From the NCBI RefSeq assembly GCF_055900595.2, contig NZ_CM148325.1: a stretch of 64,000 bases of DNA. One strand, given 5' to 3'. This document shows, piece by piece, positions 12,041 to 25,271 of the stretch. Position 1 is the first letter of the stretch. Each line of letters opens with the position of its first letter. A program made the position numbers and the translations under genes. Under the pieces are notes generated by a model. It was given only the letters and a program-made list of their open reading frames with translations. It made no database searches and was not told the origin of the DNA.

Positions 12041-13480
12041 TTACGACTGTAAATAAACCACCTGGGTCTGCAGGTATTCATGCAAGCCATGTTTGCCATC
12101 TGCGCCGCCAATACCGGATTTACGCCATCCGGCGTGGAATCCTTGCATAGCTTCGAAGTTTTCACGGTTGATGTAAGTTTCACCAAACTTCAGCCCTTTA
12201 ATAGCTTTCATCGCGACGTTCAGATTTTGGGTATAGAGTGATGAGGTCAGGCCGTAATCACTGTCATTAGCCATTGCGATAGCCTCTTCCAGCGTGTCAA
12301 ATGCGACCACTGGCAGCACCGGGCCAAAGGTTTCCTCGTGCATGATCGACATTTCCTGACGAACATCCAGTAGCAATGTCGGCGGATAATAATATCCTTT
12401 CCCCTCTACTGCCTTGCCCCCCAACGCCACTCTCGCCCCCTCTTCGACTGCGCGCGCCACTTTTTGCTCGACCCTTTCCAGCGCCGCGGCGTTAATCAAC
12501 GGCCCCATCGCAATGTCGTTGCGTTCAGCGGGGTTACCAAATTGAACCGCCTGCATCGCTTCACCCAGCCGATTGACGAAATGATCATAAATGCCTTTCT
12601 GTACATAAACACGTTCTGCACAGTTACACACTTGCCCACTATTAATGACGCGTGAATCAACGATGGCTTTGACTGCCAGTTCAAGATCGGCATCGTCCAT
12701 TACGATAGCTGGTGCTTTACCACCCAATTCCAGACACACTTTTGTGATATTTTTTGCTGCAGTCGCCATGATCTTTTCACCTGCAGAGACGCTGCCTGTC
12801 ATACTGACCATTGCGACCTTTGGGTTACCCGCCAGTTCTTGCCCAACAGTTTCACCACGCCCCAGCACAAGGTTAAACACACCGCGTGGAAGGCCTATTT
12901 CATCGACAATTTTGGCAAAAGCAATCGCATTGTTTGGCGTAAATTCACTGGGTTTAATGACGATGGTATTACCGGTCAAAAGAGCGGGAGCCATTTTGCG
13001 GGCAATGAGGAAGAACGGGAAGTTCCACGGCAGAATGCCGGTAGTCACGCCAAGCGCACGTTTAAAGAGAAGAATATTTTCTCCTGGACGATCGCTTTGA
13101 ATAATCTCGCCTTCATAACGCCGTGCCCACTCCGCCATGTAATCGATATAGTCCGCAGTAAAAGCCACTTCGACTTCAGCCAGCTGCTGGATCTTGCCCC
13201 CTTCTTCAACAATCAGCGCACTGATTTCACCGGCGCGTTCGCGGATCCCGGCGGAGATTTTGCACAACCAACTGGCGCGTTCAATGGCAGGCAATGCTTC
13301 CCATTCTGGCTGCGCGCGCTCTGCGGCGTCGATTGCTTTGCGAGCATCTTCAGCCTGACCATCGGGAATGCGGGAAATCACCGCCTCTGTTGCGGGGTTA
13401 ACCACATAAATCCATGCGTCTCCACGCCAGGTAACAAACTGTCCATCGATATACATAGGATGTTGAACGGGTACTGACAT
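12041..13480 (-). CDS. aldA: Lactaldehyde dehydrogenase AldA
   Basis: 479 aa aldehyde dehydrogenase family with catalytic Cys/Glu motifs (GQVCNCAERVYVQ, ELGGKAP). Confidence 0.93.
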   Translation of the reverse strand: MSVPVQHPMYIDGQFVTWRGDAWIYVVNPATEAVISRIPDGQAEDARKAIDAAERAQPEWEALPAIERASWLCKISAGIRERAGEISALIVEEGGKIQQLAEVEVAFTADYIDYMAEWARRYEGEIIQSDRPGENILLFKRALGVTTGILPWNFPFFLIARKMAPALLTGNTIVIKPSEFTPNNAIAFAKIVDEIGLPRGVFNLVLGRGETVGQELAGNPKVAMVSMTGSVSAGEKIMATAAKNITKVCLELGGKAPAIVMDDADLELAVKAIVDSRVINSGQVCNCAERVYVQKGIYDHFVNRLGEAMQAVQFGNPAERNDIAMGPLINAAALERVEQKVARAVEEGARVALGGKAVEGKGYYYPPTLLLDVRQEMSIMHEETFGPVLPVVAFDTLEEAIAMANDSDYGLTSSLYTQNLNVAMKAIKGLKFGETYINRENFEAMQGFHAGWRKSGIGGADGKHGLHEYLQTQVVYLQS

Positions 13481-13673
13481 GGGAGACTCCTGTGATTAAT
13501 GTGTGTATTTGGTAAATTATTTGTTAATTAATATCAATCATCATAGAGACAGCATCTTGAAAGGACAAATCTGTGAAGAGCTTCATAAAAAGAAGGGTAA
13601 AAGGAATAAAAGGCAGAAAAAAAAGTAAGGAGTCATGCCCGTTTGCAAACAGTTGTTCTCAAACGGGCAATTT

Positions 13674-14474
13674 TCAACGTAGCGAACGACTTTCCATCGC
13701 CTCGATGAGCACCGCATCGTGTTTCAGCGTTTGCCATGCCTGGATGACTTCTGCCGGAAAATCAACGTGAACGATAAAATCTCGCCCGCGTGGACCGTAG
13801 CCATCGCTATCATCGCGTAAACGTGGCAGCTCGCCAGTGAGTAGTGAGAGATAACGCTCAACCGCCCATAATCCTTCTAACTGGTTAATAAAGATTACAC
13901 TGTCTTCGTTATTTCCCAACTGAGGAACGAATCCGGGATAACTTAACCAACGAGGTGCGTCTGGATTGTCACCGGTAATACGACGGAACGTCGCCATTGT
14001 GCGCCGCTGCATGGTGGGGTCCTGAACAACGATAGCCGTATGAACTCTTTCTACGGCCTGATTCAATAGCGCGATGCTAAAGCGTGCGTTTTCACCGCAG
14101 TTTGTTGACTGGTCTTCAATCCAGATTTTTTCATGCGGAATGTGCCAGAACTGATGAGCGATATCCGCCAGGATGGTAGCTTCTGCTCTGCCAGTGGTGC
14201 GGATAGTGTTGTAGTGCGGATGCTGTGCGATGGCGCTATACAAAAAAGTTGTCGAGTGACCGATACCACCACTAATCAGTAGAGGAATTTGCTGATCGCG
14301 GGCAATCTTACATGCCGCATCGATAGTCGGCATAACCGCATTGCCTGCAAGGATCACGCAATCGGCCTGATACGGCACCTCACCGGAGAAATCATCCTGC
14401 GCCAGCCACTGACCGATAACATTTATGGCATCTATGGTTGCCGGCGAAAGCGTCGGAAACGGGGTAATGTTCAT
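13674..14474 (-). CDS. ydcF: DUF218 (YdcF) family protein, SAM-binding
   Basis: 266 aa ORF matching YdcF family, conserved neighbour of aldA. Confidence 0.88.
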   Translation of the reverse strand: MNITPFPTLSPATIDAINVIGQWLAQDDFSGEVPYQADCVILAGNAVMPTIDAACKIARDQQIPLLISGGIGHSTTFLYSAIAQHPHYNTIRTTGRAEATILADIAHQFWHIPHEKIWIEDQSTNCGENARFSIALLNQAVERVHTAIVVQDPTMQRRTMATFRRITGDNPDAPRWLSYPGFVPQLGNNEDSVIFINQLEGLWAVERYLSLLTGELPRLRDDSDGYGPRGRDFIVHVDFPAEVIQAWQTLKHDAVLIEAMESRSLR

Positions 14475-14863
14475 GGTTCCTCCTTATCGTTCCCTTAAGA
14501 ATACTGCGTGAGATAATAATGAGAAGCGGAGCACTCTGAAAGGAAGATGATGCTTTTTCTATCGCGCCATCGCGAACCAGACACTGGTTTTAGTCATACT
14601 GTATTTGCGGAGAAACTGTTGATAAAACATCAATAACATAATGTTGTATCATTTTTAAATGATAGATAATCTGGTGTGATATTTATATAATATTCATTCT
14701 TATATTTCTCAATCAAGGGGAACATTTGCAACACGCTCATTAGTGGTAATTCCTTAAATTTTAATTGAATAATATCTGCTCTCAGCTATAAACTACTATC
14801 TGTCTATGGTGCCGAATTACCATTTTTATTCATCAACACAATGCTATATGTCGAGAAACATAC

Positions 14864-15358
14864 ATGGAAAAAATATTTCAACTTTTAGAAACCGCCTGGC
14901 CTGCCGTAAAAGCAACAGGACTTACAGGTTGCGTAACCGCTCCAGAAACTGAAGATAACCTTCTTTTATTTGAGGATAAATACGCGACACATATTCCAAA
15001 AGACTATCGGCAGTTATTATCTCATTTTGGCGCATGTCATTTTGCCGATCCTCAAATTTATACTTTGAATGATCTGGACAGATATTACCCTCTATTTTTT
15101 CAACAATGGGAAGAGTATAAAAAAGAATATCCATCATTGAACAACATTGATCCTTTTCCTGTTGGCAGTTTTGGCGACGGGAGTGTCGCTTTTCTTGACC
15201 GCAACAGCCTAAAAATTTATATTCTAATTCATGATTTTGGTATATTTACCGATGATGTTGGTGATTTCCCTTGTGAGTTATGCTTTGAAAATTTTGGTGA
15301 GTTAGTGGAAATGCAAGTTGAAATGATTCTTTATTTACAGCAATATCATGTATCATGA
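14864..15358 (+). CDS. SUKH / SMI1-KNR4 family protein (candidate orphan immunity protein of a polymorphic-toxin system)
   Basis: 164 aa; motifs IPKDYRQLLSHFGA and PFPVGSFGDGSVAFLDRNSLKIYILIHDFG resemble the SMI1/KNR4 fold; lies in an AT-rich insert between ydcF and hrpA. Confidence 0.55.
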   Translation: MEKIFQLLETAWPAVKATGLTGCVTAPETEDNLLLFEDKYATHIPKDYRQLLSHFGACHFADPQIYTLNDLDRYYPLFFQQWEEYKKEYPSLNNIDPFPVGSFGDGSVAFLDRNSLKIYILIHDFGIFTDDVGDFPCELCFENFGELVEMQVEMILYLQQYHVS

Positions 15359-15395
15359 ATAATAAAATTATCACTCATGTTCTTACTGAAAAAAA

Positions 15396-15656
15396 GTGAA
15401 TTCTATAGCAGAGAAATATTGTAAAATGTATAATCTTAATAGCTCGTTAGCATACCAAATCACGGCTATTAAATTTCTTCCTGATGGTATGAAATCATTC
15501 GGCCTTGATGTTCCATTATGGATGGTCGTCAGAGATGTTAACGGTTGGGATGATATGGAAATTACGATTTTTATTTGTGACAAAAATAGTGAAGTTCTTT
15601 GTTGCAGTAATATTTGGTATCCAGTATATCGTCCTCATCAAGCAGATTTGTTATAA
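15396..15656 (+). CDS. Hypothetical small protein (86 codons, GTG start) in AT-rich insert
   Basis: ORF-track frame MNSIAEKYCKMYNLNSSLAYQITAIKFLPDGMKSF...; no recognisable family; codon usage atypical; could be a second immunity-type gene or non-coding. Confidence 0.3.
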   Translation: MNSIAEKYCKMYNLNSSLAYQITAIKFLPDGMKSFGLDVPLWMVVRDVNGWDDMEITIFICDKNSEVLCCSNIWYPVYRPHQADLL

Positions 15657-15701
15657 GCACGTAAGGAGTACCGCCCTTGCTATTTTTCAGAATTCATAAA
15701 G

Positions 15702-15734
15702 AAAAAACCCGGCGCTAAATGCTTACCGGGTTTT
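15702..15734. terminator. Bidirectional intrinsic terminator downstream of hrpA (and of the insert ORFs)
   Basis: AAAAAACCCGG-cgctaaatgcttac-CCGGGTTTT, A-tract / hairpin / T-tract. Confidence 0.65.
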
Positions 15735-15758
15735 AGATTTATCAGGCAAATAGCAGCG

Positions 15759-18700
15759 TTAACCGCTAATCTGCTCCATCGCCTGCAAAATACGCTTATC
15801 TGAAATCGGATAAGGCGTACCAAGTTGTTGAGCGAAGTAACTAACGCGCAGTTCTTCTATCATCCAACGGATCTCTTTCACATCCTCATCCTCACGACGT
15901 GCGGGCGGCAGTTTGTTGATCCATTGCTGCCACGCCTGCTGGACGTTTTCAACTTTCAGCATCTGAGCACGGTCACGGTGCGGGTCAACCGCCAGTTTTT
16001 CCAGACGCTTTTCAATCGCCTGCAAATAACGCAGCGTGTCGCCCAGCCGTTTGAAGCCATTACCAGTGACAAAACCGCGATACACCAGCCCACCCATCTG
16101 CGCTTTAATGTCAGAAAGCCCCAGCGCCATGGTCATATCCACCCGTCCTTTCAGGCGTTTGTTGATATTGAACACTGCCGTAAGGATTTGCTCGACCTGC
16201 TTCGCAATATCCACCACCGTGTCGTTCAGTTCAGCGCGGACTTTTTCATGAAGCGCAGCAAAGCCTTCTTCCGTCCAGACCGGGCCGCCCGCCTCATCAA
16301 TCAATTTATCAACACCGCAGGAGATGCAGTCGTCAATGAGATCCAGCACTTTACCGTACGGGTTAAAGTAGAGACCCAGCTTCGCTTTGTTCGGCAGTTT
16401 CTCATGCAGATATTTAATTGGCGACGGAATGTTCAGCAACAGCAAGCGACGCAAACCACGCCACATAGCCTGCTGTTGTTCCTGCGGGTTATCAAAAAGC
16501 TTAATCGCTACGCTGTCACGCTCATCCACCAGCGCAGGCCAGGCCTTCACTTTGTAGTTGCCACGTTTCTGCTCGTAGTGATCCGGTAAATTACCGAAGC
16601 TCCAGATATGTAACCCGCTTTGCTCAATACCATCATCGGCAACGGCGGAAAGCGTTTCCTGCACTTTGCCTTTCAGGGCGTCTTTCAGATCCTGTAATGA
16701 GCGCCCTTCTTTTAGCTTCTTATTTTTGTCGTCCACCACGCGGAAGGTGATTTTCAGGTGATCGGGCACCTGCTCCCAGTGCCAGTCTTCGCGGTCAACG
16801 GTAACGCCGGTCATCCGCCGTAGCTCGCGCTCAAGGCTGTCGAGCAACGGCAGTTCCAGCGGCGTGACGCGACCTAAAAACGCTTCGGCGTAGTTTGGCG
16901 CGGGCACAAAATTACGCCGTACCGGTTTCGGCAACGATTTGATTAGAGCAATCACCAGTTCACGGCGCAGGCCGGGGATCTGCCATTCAAACCCGCTTTC
17001 CTCAACCTGGTTAAGTAACGGCAGCGGAATATGCACGGTCACACCGTCAGCATCCGCCCCCGGCTCAAACTGATAGCTTAAACGCAGCTTGAGATTACCC
17101 TGATGCCAAAAGTTCGGGTAATCCAGCTTGCTGATTTTTTCCGCCCCTTCTTTGATCAACATGCTCTTTTCAAAGTTGAGCAAATCAGGCGTTTCGCGGC
17201 TGACTTTTTTCCACCAACTATCAAAGTGACGTGCAGAGATCACATCATGGCTGATGCGCTGGTCGTAAAACTCAAACAACGTTTCGTCATCCACCAGAAT
17301 ATCGCGGCGACGTGATTTGTGTTCCAGTTCTTCCACTTCTGCCCGTAGTTTCAGGTTTTCACGGAAGAATGCGTGACGCGTCTGCCAGTCACCTTCCACC
17401 AGCGCGTGGCGAATAAAAAGTTCACGACACAGCGCAGGATCAATCTGGCTGTAGTTGACCTTACGCGCAGCAACAATCGGCAACCCGTAAACGGTGACTT
17501 TTTCAGTTGCCATCACCGCGCCCTGCGCCCGTTCCCAGTGCGGTTCGCTGTAGGAGCGTTTAATCAAATGCTGGGCAACTGGCTCTACCCATTCCGGATC
17601 GATACGTGCCGCAATGCGCCCCCACAGGCGGCTGGTTTCTACCAGTTCCGCCACCATTGCCCATTTCGGCGGCTTCTTGAATAAACCAGAACCGGGGAAG
17701 ATGGAGAAACGCGCGTTACGTGCGCCGGTATATTCCTGTTTATCGGCATCTTTCATGCCGATATGCGAAAGCAAACCTGTCAGTAAGGCGATGTGAATTT
17801 CGCGATACTCCGCCGGTTCGCTGTTAACCGGAATGCCAAGTTCTTTCACCACCTGGCGCAACTGGGTGTAGATATCCTGCCATTCGCGCACGCGCAGATA
17901 GTTAAGGTAATCGGTACGGCACAGGCGACGGAAGGCGTTTGAAGAGAGCGCCTTTTGCTGCTCGCCGAGATAATTCCACAGATTTACAAACGCCAGGAAG
18001 TCGGATTCTTTATCGTGAAAGCGACGATGTTTTTCGTCCGATGCCTGCTGCTTGTCCATTGGCCGCTCACGCGGGTCCTGAATAGAGAGCGCGGAAGTGA
18101 TAATCATCGCCTCACGCACGCAGCCATGTTTCTGCGCTTCCAGCACCATTCGCGCCAGACGAGGATCGACTGGCAGTTGCGAGAGCTGGCGACCGAGCGG
18201 CGTCAGTTTATAGGCGCTGGCCTGTTCATCAGTGGTGATCGCGCCCAGCTCTTCGAGCAGACGCACGCCATCCTGGATATTGCGTTTATCCGGCGCTTCT
18301 ACAAACGGGAACGCAGCGATATCGCCCAGCCCCAGCGCGGTCATCTGCAAAATAACCGAGGCCAGGTTGGTACGCAGAATCTCCGGATCGGTAAATTCCG
18401 GGCGCGAGAGGAAATCGTCTTCGGAATAAAGACGAATGCAGATCCCTTCTGACACACGACCACAGCGGCCTTTACGCTGATTAGCTGAAGCCTGCGAAAT
18501 GGGCTCAATCGGCAGACGCTGCACTTTGGTGCGATAGCTGTAGCGGCTGATACGCGCCGTACCTGGGTCGATAACGTATTTAATCCCCGGCACAGTCAGC
18601 GAGGTTTCCGCGACGTTAGTCGCCAGCACAATGCGCCGTCCGCTGTGCGACTGGAAGACGCGGTTCTGCTCGCTGTTCGAAAGCCGTGCATAAAGCGGAA

Positions 18701-19661
18701 GAATTTCCGTATGGCGTAAGTTCAGCTTGTTCAGCGCATCGGCGGTATCGCGAATTTCTCGCTCGCCGCTCATAAAAATCAGAATGTCGCCAGGGCTTTC
18801 CTGGCTCAGTTCGTCTACGGCATCGAAAATCGCCTGCAACTGGTCGCGCTCGGTGTCATCAGCTTCTTCAACAATCGGGCGATAGCGCACCTCCACCGGA
18901 TAGGTACGACCGGAGACTTCGATAATCGGCGCATTATTAAAGTGGCGCGAAAAGCGTTCCGGGTCGATAGTCGCGGAAGTGATAATGATTTTTAGGTCAG
19001 GACGCCGCGGCAGCAACTCTTTCAAATAACCGAGGAGAAAATCGATATTCAGGCTGCGTTCGTGCGCTTCGTCAATAATGATGGTGTCGTACTGCATCAG
19101 CAGGCGGTCTTGCTGGATCTCCGCCAGCAGGATACCGTCGGTCATCAGCTTGACCATCGTGTTATCACTTACGTGATCGCTGAAACGCACTTTATACCCG
19201 ATGCAACCGCCCGGCTCCGTTTTCAGCTCTTCCGCAATACGGTTCGCCACCGTTCGTGCCGCCAGACGACGCGGCTGGGTGTGGCCGATCAGCCCTTTAA
19301 TCCCGCGGCCCAGTTCCATACAGATTTTCGGTAACTGAGTCGTTTTACCGGAACCCGTTTCCCCGGCGACGATCACCACCTGGTGATCACGGATTGCTTC
19401 GAGAATGTCCTGCTTTTTCTGACTAACCGGCAAATTGTCCGGATAAGTGATTTCCGGTCGTGCTGCTTCACGCAGCAGGACTTTCCCTGCCGCCTGGTCA
19501 ATCTCTTTCGCCATCTCCTGGAAAATGGCCTGTTGTGCATCAGGATTTTTAACCTTCTTCACGCCGTGCAGACGGCGGGAAAAACGCAGTCTGTCACGCA
19601 GCATCAGCGAATCCAACCGTTGCTGCAAGGCCGTAAAGGTCAATTTTTGTTGTTCTGTCAT
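15759..19661 (-). CDS. hrpA: ATP-dependent RNA helicase HrpA (DEAH-box)
   Basis: 1300 aa; Walker A GETGSGKTTQ, DEAH box, HA2/OB domains. Confidence 0.95.
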   Translation of the reverse strand: MTEQQKLTFTALQQRLDSLMLRDRLRFSRRLHGVKKVKNPDAQQAIFQEMAKEIDQAAGKVLLREAARPEITYPDNLPVSQKKQDILEAIRDHQVVIVAGETGSGKTTQLPKICMELGRGIKGLIGHTQPRRLAARTVANRIAEELKTEPGGCIGYKVRFSDHVSDNTMVKLMTDGILLAEIQQDRLLMQYDTIIIDEAHERSLNIDFLLGYLKELLPRRPDLKIIITSATIDPERFSRHFNNAPIIEVSGRTYPVEVRYRPIVEEADDTERDQLQAIFDAVDELSQESPGDILIFMSGEREIRDTADALNKLNLRHTEILPLYARLSNSEQNRVFQSHSGRRIVLATNVAETSLTVPGIKYVIDPGTARISRYSYRTKVQRLPIEPISQASANQRKGRCGRVSEGICIRLYSEDDFLSRPEFTDPEILRTNLASVILQMTALGLGDIAAFPFVEAPDKRNIQDGVRLLEELGAITTDEQASAYKLTPLGRQLSQLPVDPRLARMVLEAQKHGCVREAMIITSALSIQDPRERPMDKQQASDEKHRRFHDKESDFLAFVNLWNYLGEQQKALSSNAFRRLCRTDYLNYLRVREWQDIYTQLRQVVKELGIPVNSEPAEYREIHIALLTGLLSHIGMKDADKQEYTGARNARFSIFPGSGLFKKPPKWAMVAELVETSRLWGRIAARIDPEWVEPVAQHLIKRSYSEPHWERAQGAVMATEKVTVYGLPIVAARKVNYSQIDPALCRELFIRHALVEGDWQTRHAFFRENLKLRAEVEELEHKSRRRDILVDDETLFEFYDQRISHDVISARHFDSWWKKVSRETPDLLNFEKSMLIKEGAEKISKLDYPNFWHQGNLKLRLSYQFEPGADADGVTVHIPLPLLNQVEESGFEWQIPGLRRELVIALIKSLPKPVRRNFVPAPNYAEAFLGRVTPLELPLLDSLERELRRMTGVTVDREDWHWEQVPDHLKITFRVVDDKNKKLKEGRSLQDLKDALKGKVQETLSAVADDGIEQSGLHIWSFGNLPDHYEQKRGNYKVKAWPALVDERDSVAIKLFDNPQEQQQAMWRGLRRLLLLNIPSPIKYLHEKLPNKAKLGLYFNPYGKVLDLIDDCISCGVDKLIDEAGGPVWTEEGFAALHEKVRAELNDTVVDIAKQVEQILTAVFNINKRLKGRVDMTMALGLSDIKAQMGGLVYRGFVTGNGFKRLGDTLRYLQAIEKRLEKLAVDPHRDRAQMLKVENVQQAWQQWINKLPPARREDEDVKEIRWMIEELRVSYFAQQLGTPYPISDKRILQAMEQISG

Positions 19662-19852
19662 AACGTTAGTGGGCAGCAGGCTGCCTGATTAATTTTCTTT
19701 TAAATGATAGATATAGAGTACCACATCGCGGCTTTCTATGCGTTGTTCAATAAATTCGAACATAGGCTTCGATTTATTGCGCTATCTCTGTGGCAGGATT
19801 GTGAATAAAGTGTCAACAAGCAACGGGGCATCGCCCATTCAAACATCTATAA

Positions 19853-20467
<615 letters not shown>

Positions 20468-20520
20468 CCGGACACTATTTTGATGTGGACTGTAGATATT
20501 CAGTCCACATCTCAATCCAC

Positions 20521-23584
<3,064 letters not shown>

Positions 23585-23599
23585 TTTCTCTATTTTCCT

Positions 23600-24496
23600 T
23601 CAGTAACAGCAGTAGCGAATAAAATAAAAAAATACCGGAGCGGTGAAAATTAATGAGTCAATCCTGTCAAGGAGTCCGCCATGTCCTGGTAATAGTTTTC
23701 CACTATCTTTAACACCAATATCTTGTTTGATGGCTGACATCACTACATCGCCGCAAAAACCACTAATACCAATTAACAAACCCGCTAATAATGCCTGTAA
23801 TGTATCTAGCGGTGTCAGCAACGGTCCAATAATCAGTGACGCAATCATGGTGGTGATTACGCCGCCCATCAGACCTTCCAATGTTTTTCCCGGGCTGACT
23901 TTGGGGACCACTTTTCTTCTGCCGCAGGATTTTCCCCATAAATACTGTGCAATATCGTTTGACTCGGTTAATGCCAAAAGAAATAACACCAGTAACGCCC
24001 CGCCCTGGATATTTGTGGTTGGCAACATTAATAACCAGGCGGCATGACTCAAGGCGAAAACGGTCATTATCCAGCCCCAAAAAATGGCGCTCACGGTATG
24101 CAGAAAACCGGAGGGGTCACCCACTAAAACTCGCCAAGTGGCTAATATCAGAAACCCAGCCAAAGGTATAAATAACAGAAACAGCTCAAAGCAATTAAAA
24201 CCGATAAGAAAATAGTTAAGAGGAATACCCCAATATAACCAACGCGGAAAATGTACAGATATAAGCGTACAATATTCTTTCAATGCCAGAAAACTTATCA
24301 GCGCAAAAAACGTCAACGTCATCCAGCGTGGACCTGAAATGACCAGTGAAAAACAAATGACGATGCCCCACCAGGTACGAATACGTAATGTAACTTCATC
24401 TCCTTTTCTCTCCGGTAACCGCCATACCAGAAAACGGTTTATCAGCGTTGCTAAAATTAACAACACGAAAAGTATTGCCAGAGATTTTTCCAGCAT
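23600..24496 (-). CDS. ynbB: YnbB, CDP-diglyceride synthetase (CdsA)-like membrane protein
   Basis: 298 aa polytopic membrane protein with CTP-transferase-like C-terminus. Confidence 0.85.
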   Translation of the reverse strand: MLEKSLAILFVLLILATLINRFLVWRLPERKGDEVTLRIRTWWGIVICFSLVISGPRWMTLTFFALISFLALKEYCTLISVHFPRWLYWGIPLNYFLIGFNCFELFLLFIPLAGFLILATWRVLVGDPSGFLHTVSAIFWGWIMTVFALSHAAWLLMLPTTNIQGGALLVLFLLALTESNDIAQYLWGKSCGRRKVVPKVSPGKTLEGLMGGVITTMIASLIIGPLLTPLDTLQALLAGLLIGISGFCGDVVMSAIKQDIGVKDSGKLLPGHGGLLDRIDSLIFTAPVFFYFIRYCCY

Positions 24497-25101
24497 TACT
24501 TTTCAGCGCTCATAAGGAGCACGCTTCGACAACGATTAATCGCAGTCCAGAGAAGCAGAATTGAAGCAATGCTCCATAAAAGATTATTCCATTGCATCCA
24601 CTGTGGATAAATGGCAACGGCCAGCCCCCACAAACCAAATATTAACGCACGATCGCTTTTGCCAAATGGACCGGCATAACTGCGAATACCGTTAATCGTC
24701 TGCGCGAGTAAACCGCAAAACTCAGTCAATATGGTGCAAAATAACATGAGTATTACGAGTGATGCGTTACTTTCCGGTAAAAATAAAAACGGTAAATAAA
24801 GCGCAATATCGGAAATAACATCGCCAGTTTCATTCAAAATCGCCCCAAGACGTGTTTGCTGATTACACTCACGCGCCATCATGCCATCCAGCGCATTGAG
24901 TGCCATACGGACAAAAAGCACGATGGGCAATAGCAAAAAGAGGATGGGTCGTGCCACCAACATCAACAGCAATCCGGTAAGAAGAGAAAGCGCCAGTGCA
25001 GCAAGAGTGATGTGATTCGCTGTAACATGGTGCTTATAAAGCCAAAACATCGTCGGCCTTAACAGCGACTGAAAGAGCGGTTTTATCTGGTAGAGCGTCA
25101 T
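24496..25101 (-). CDS. ynbA: YnbA, CDP-alcohol phosphatidyltransferase family
   Basis: ORF 24496..25107; D-G-x2-A-R...G-x3-D-x3-D-like motif (ALDGMMARE...GDVISD); start probably MTLYQIK at 25101. Confidence 0.85.
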   Translation of the reverse strand: MTLYQIKPLFQSLLRPTMFWLYKHHVTANHITLAALALSLLTGLLLMLVARPILFLLLPIVLFVRMALNALDGMMARECNQQTRLGAILNETGDVISDIALYLPFLFLPESNASLVILMLFCTILTEFCGLLAQTINGIRSYAGPFGKSDRALIFGLWGLAVAIYPQWMQWNNLLWSIASILLLWTAINRCRSVLLMSAEK

Positions 25102-25271
25102 TATCAATCCTTGATAATTCGGTTTGCGCTATGGTGCATCAATTCCCCTGACGGAGATATCGCAACACGCCGCTTCATTAAAAATTCAGAATATATCAAG
25201 GTATTGGGGACTCACCGTCAGGAATGATTATCCCCAATAGATCAAGTGGTTAAAAATTATTACGCTGTTAT

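Noticed and set aside
14922-15583. Minus-strand ORFs 14922..15137 and 15383..15583 within the AT-rich insert
   Set aside because: They overlap the better-supported plus-strand frames and have no recognisable features; AT-rich DNA generates long random ORFs.
15825-19692. Plus-strand ORFs inside hrpA (e.g. 15825..16589 254 aa, 17955..18452 165 aa)
   Set aside because: Antisense to a strongly supported 1300-aa helicase gene, no start context; spurious.
20485-20508. Inverted repeat GTGGACTG-tagatatt-CAGTCCAC between azoR and ynbD as an intrinsic terminator
   Set aside because: No U-tract on either strand; left uncalled.
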